Part shown: in pieces, positions 61,818 to 64,000 of the stretch | How the letters are laid out: the number at the start of each line of letters is the position of its first letter | How positions within the stretch are numbered: the stretch's first letter is position 1 | NCBI GenBank assembly: GCA_963719035.1 | Contig: CAVRAO010000006.1 | Span: 64,001 to 128,000 of the forward strand | Direction of reading: 5' to 3' | From: Methanobacteriota archaeon | Lineage (GTDB): Archaea; Halobacteriota; Bog-38; Methanoflorentales; Methanoflorentaceae | Length of the DNA stretch: 64,000 nt | Program-made: the position numbers and the translations under genes | Notes under the pieces: generated by a model | Told to the model about the DNA's origin: nothing | Seen by the model: only the letters and a program-made list of their open reading frames with translations | Database searches by the model: none

Positions 61818-63269
61818 GTGAAACCGCTGAAAATTCTCTTTGTCGAACCGCCAAAGGCTGAATGGTTCGTGATGGGCGAATACTTGCCGCCTCCTTTGGG
61901 AATTCTGCAATTAGCTGCTTATGTTGAGGGAAGTTGTAAAAACATTGAAATCGACTTACTCGATTGTCAAGCGGCAAACGTCGACTGGAGAGGACTAGAG
62001 AAGCAAATCGAGATGGTAAGCCCTGACGTTGTAGTCCCAAGCGCACTGGCCACCTGCAATGCTTACGTCACGGCACGCACTGTCGAAACCGCCAAGACTG
62101 TCAACCAAGAGATCTTGACGATTGTCGGCGGTCAGCACTTTACCGCTACCGCTAACGAGAGCCTTGCAATTTATCCGGAAATAGACCTCGTGATCAGGGG
62201 AGAGGGCGAACAAACGCTCGCAGAAGTCCTTCACGCGCATAGCGAAGGACGATCATTTTCCAATGTGCAAGGGGTCTCGTTTGCACACAACGGCGCTATA
62301 CATCACTCGCCCGATCGACTATTGTTAACAAATTTGGATATGTTGCCTTATCCGGGATACCATTTCGTCGAGGACGTCATCGAGAAGTATCACTTCAGGC
62401 AGATGACAGACGCCTCAAAACGATATGCACTCATAGAAGGTTCGAGAGGGTGTGCTAACGACTGCGCTTTCTGCAGCCAGTGCGCTTTTTGGCGACGGAA
62501 GTGGCGGAGTAAATCTCCAAAGAGGATAGCCGATGAGATGCAGCATATGTATGAACACTACGGGATGAAATTCCAGTGGCTCACCGACGATAACTTTGGA
62601 TTAGGTGCGCATACCCAAGAACTATGCAAGGAGCTCATCGAGAGAGGGCTTTCGCACGATATAATGTGGTTCATGCAGGCGCGCTGCGATGACATCAGAC
62701 GTCACGAAAATGTGCTCCCCACGTTGAGCGAAGCCGGCCTTCGCTGGATACTCACCGGCGTCGAAAGTGGGAGCGAGTCCACATTGGACGCGTTTAACAA
62801 AAAAATCCGGCCCGAAGACGCTCAGCATGCGATATCACTCTTAAAGCGCAATGATATCTTCTCTCAGGCTATGTTTATCATCGGCGAGCGACACGATTCT
62901 GCTGAGTCAATTGCTCGCTTGCAGGCATTTGCCAACGATATAGACCCGGACCTAGCGATTTTTGGCATACTGACGCCTTTTCCGGGAACGAGGATGTATG
63001 ATGAAGCACTGAGTAACGGCTGGCTTGAAGATCGTAATTGGGCGCACTACGACATGATGCATGCCATAATGCCGACGCAGCACTTGTCACGACTCGAAGT
63101 CCAAGAAGAACTTTACAACTGTTATCGTGGTTTTTACGGCTCTTTCTCAAGGCGATTAAAAGGGATGTTCTCGACAAATGCTTTGACGCGTCATACCTAT
63201 CGGTATTTAGCCGGGCAAGGTCTCTTGAAAGCTTTCAAAGACTTATTCCGGAGGGCCCCTGATGCCTGA
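61818..63269 (+). CDS. B12-binding domain radical SAM protein
   Basis: PPLGILQLAA, VGGQHFT, RGEGE, SRGCANDCAFC, GVESG, TPFPGT; start uncertain (61779-61818). Confidence 0.92.
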   Translation: MKPLKILFVEPPKAEWFVMGEYLPPPLGILQLAAYVEGSCKNIEIDLLDCQAANVDWRGLEKQIEMVSPDVVVPSALATCNAYVTARTVETAKTVNQEILTIVGGQHFTATANESLAIYPEIDLVIRGEGEQTLAEVLHAHSEGRSFSNVQGVSFAHNGAIHHSPDRLLLTNLDMLPYPGYHFVEDVIEKYHFRQMTDASKRYALIEGSRGCANDCAFCSQCAFWRRKWRSKSPKRIADEMQHMYEHYGMKFQWLTDDNFGLGAHTQELCKELIERGLSHDIMWFMQARCDDIRRHENVLPTLSEAGLRWILTGVESGSESTLDAFNKKIRPEDAQHAISLLKRNDIFSQAMFIIGERHDSAESIARLQAFANDIDPDLAIFGILTPFPGTRMYDEALSNGWLEDRNWAHYDMMHAIMPTQHLSRLEVQEELYNCYRGFYGSFSRRLKGMFSTNALTRHTYRYLAGQGLLKAFKDLFRRAPDA

Positions 63270-64000
63270 GGGCACGTGGAAGACCCGATACCTGCTCTTT
63301 CTCGTCTTCGTGTCTTTTTCGACCCTTTGTTTGATCGCCGCGATTGCCTTTCTTTCGCCGCGCGTTTCTGACGTATTTGCTTGGCGAAGGCAGCTTACCG
63401 GATTAATATTCTCGGCGTTGTGCATCTTAGGGATACTCGCTGTCTTCTTTCCGCAGCACTGTGCTCGAACCCCTCACAAAGAACGCTTGATTAGCGAGCG
63501 TTATAATTTTTCCCTTCAAGGAGAGCATGATTTGCAAAAATCGTCTTCGATCGGCGGCGTAACGGTATCGCATGGACACCACCCCCTATGCCTCCGATAT
63601 TATCAGCACGAGTTCGTCTTCGGCAAAAAAACGCTATGCTCCGCGTGCATGGGATTGTTCTGTGGTGCCCTCATTTCACTTGCAGGTGCGTGGTACGTCT
63701 TTATTCAACAATTCCCTTTCAACCTGCCCTACGGAATCGTTTTTACCCTCGGGGCGGTCTTGATCGTGGTCGGCATTGCCCCTTACGTGATCGCTCATAC
63801 GCTGGGACCAGTACGGCGTTTTTCCTTTAACGCGCTTATGATCGTTGGGATGTTGCTCGCGCTCGTTGCAGTTGACGGCAGAGCTCAAAGTGTCGCGTTG
63901 AACGCGTTCCTTATCGGCTTGTTTGTTTTTGTGCTATTTACCAGGATCAGCCTTTCGCAGGACAAACACGAGCAAATCTGCGCAACGTGTGGACAGACGT
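63262..64000 (+). CDS. membrane protein with His/Cys motif (partial, runs off the window; absent from the ORF track)
   Basis: ATG 63262 overlaps the upstream gene; open to the end; TM helices, GHHPLC...HEF...LCSACMG, terminal CATC. Confidence 0.75.
   Translation, partial: MPEGTWKTRYLLFLVFVSFSTLCLIAAIAFLSPRVSDVFAWRRQLTGLIFSALCILGILAVFFPQHCARTPHKERLISERYNFSLQGEHDLQKSSSIGGVTVSHGHHPLCLRYYQHEFVFGKKTLCSACMGLFCGALISLAGAWYVFIQQFPFNLPYGIVFTLGAVLIVVGIAPYVIAHTLGPVRRFSFNALMIVGMLLALVAVDGRAQSVALNAFLIGLFVFVLFTRISLSQDKHEQICATCGQT

Overview
Archaeal chromosomal DNA, about 50-55% GC by eye, with BRE/TATA promoters and GAGGTGA-type Shine-Dalgarno sites. The gene content points to a Halobacteriota/Methanomicrobia-like organism (inference): the ADH synthase/DHQ synthase II aromatic pathway, DUF39-CBS plus NIL-ferredoxin homocysteine synthesis, and a thioredoxin-type class III RNR. 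Bases 1-38.6 kb are intact, mostly housekeeping genes: transporters, the aromatic amino acid operon, a sulfur/Fe-S cluster of genes (DUF39/NIL-Fd/UPF0280, iscS, larE, fdhD, metY-metX-metW, an HTH-NadA fusion, iscU) and rfbD/rfbA. Bases 38.7-60 kb are more accessory. They hold two repeat-rich PKD surface-protein genes (one bracketed by a duplicated nrdD 3' end), nrdD/nrdH, and a candidate nucleotide-signalling locus: TPR-SLOG-RyR protein, double-SLATT membrane protein, TIR-TM-extracellular-domain receptor and HEAT-repeat protein. Many single-base indels split genes in this second half and look like consensus errors. No rRNA, tRNA, CRISPR array, integrase, transposase or reverse transcriptase was recognised. 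All family calls come from reading motifs by eye, not from database searches.
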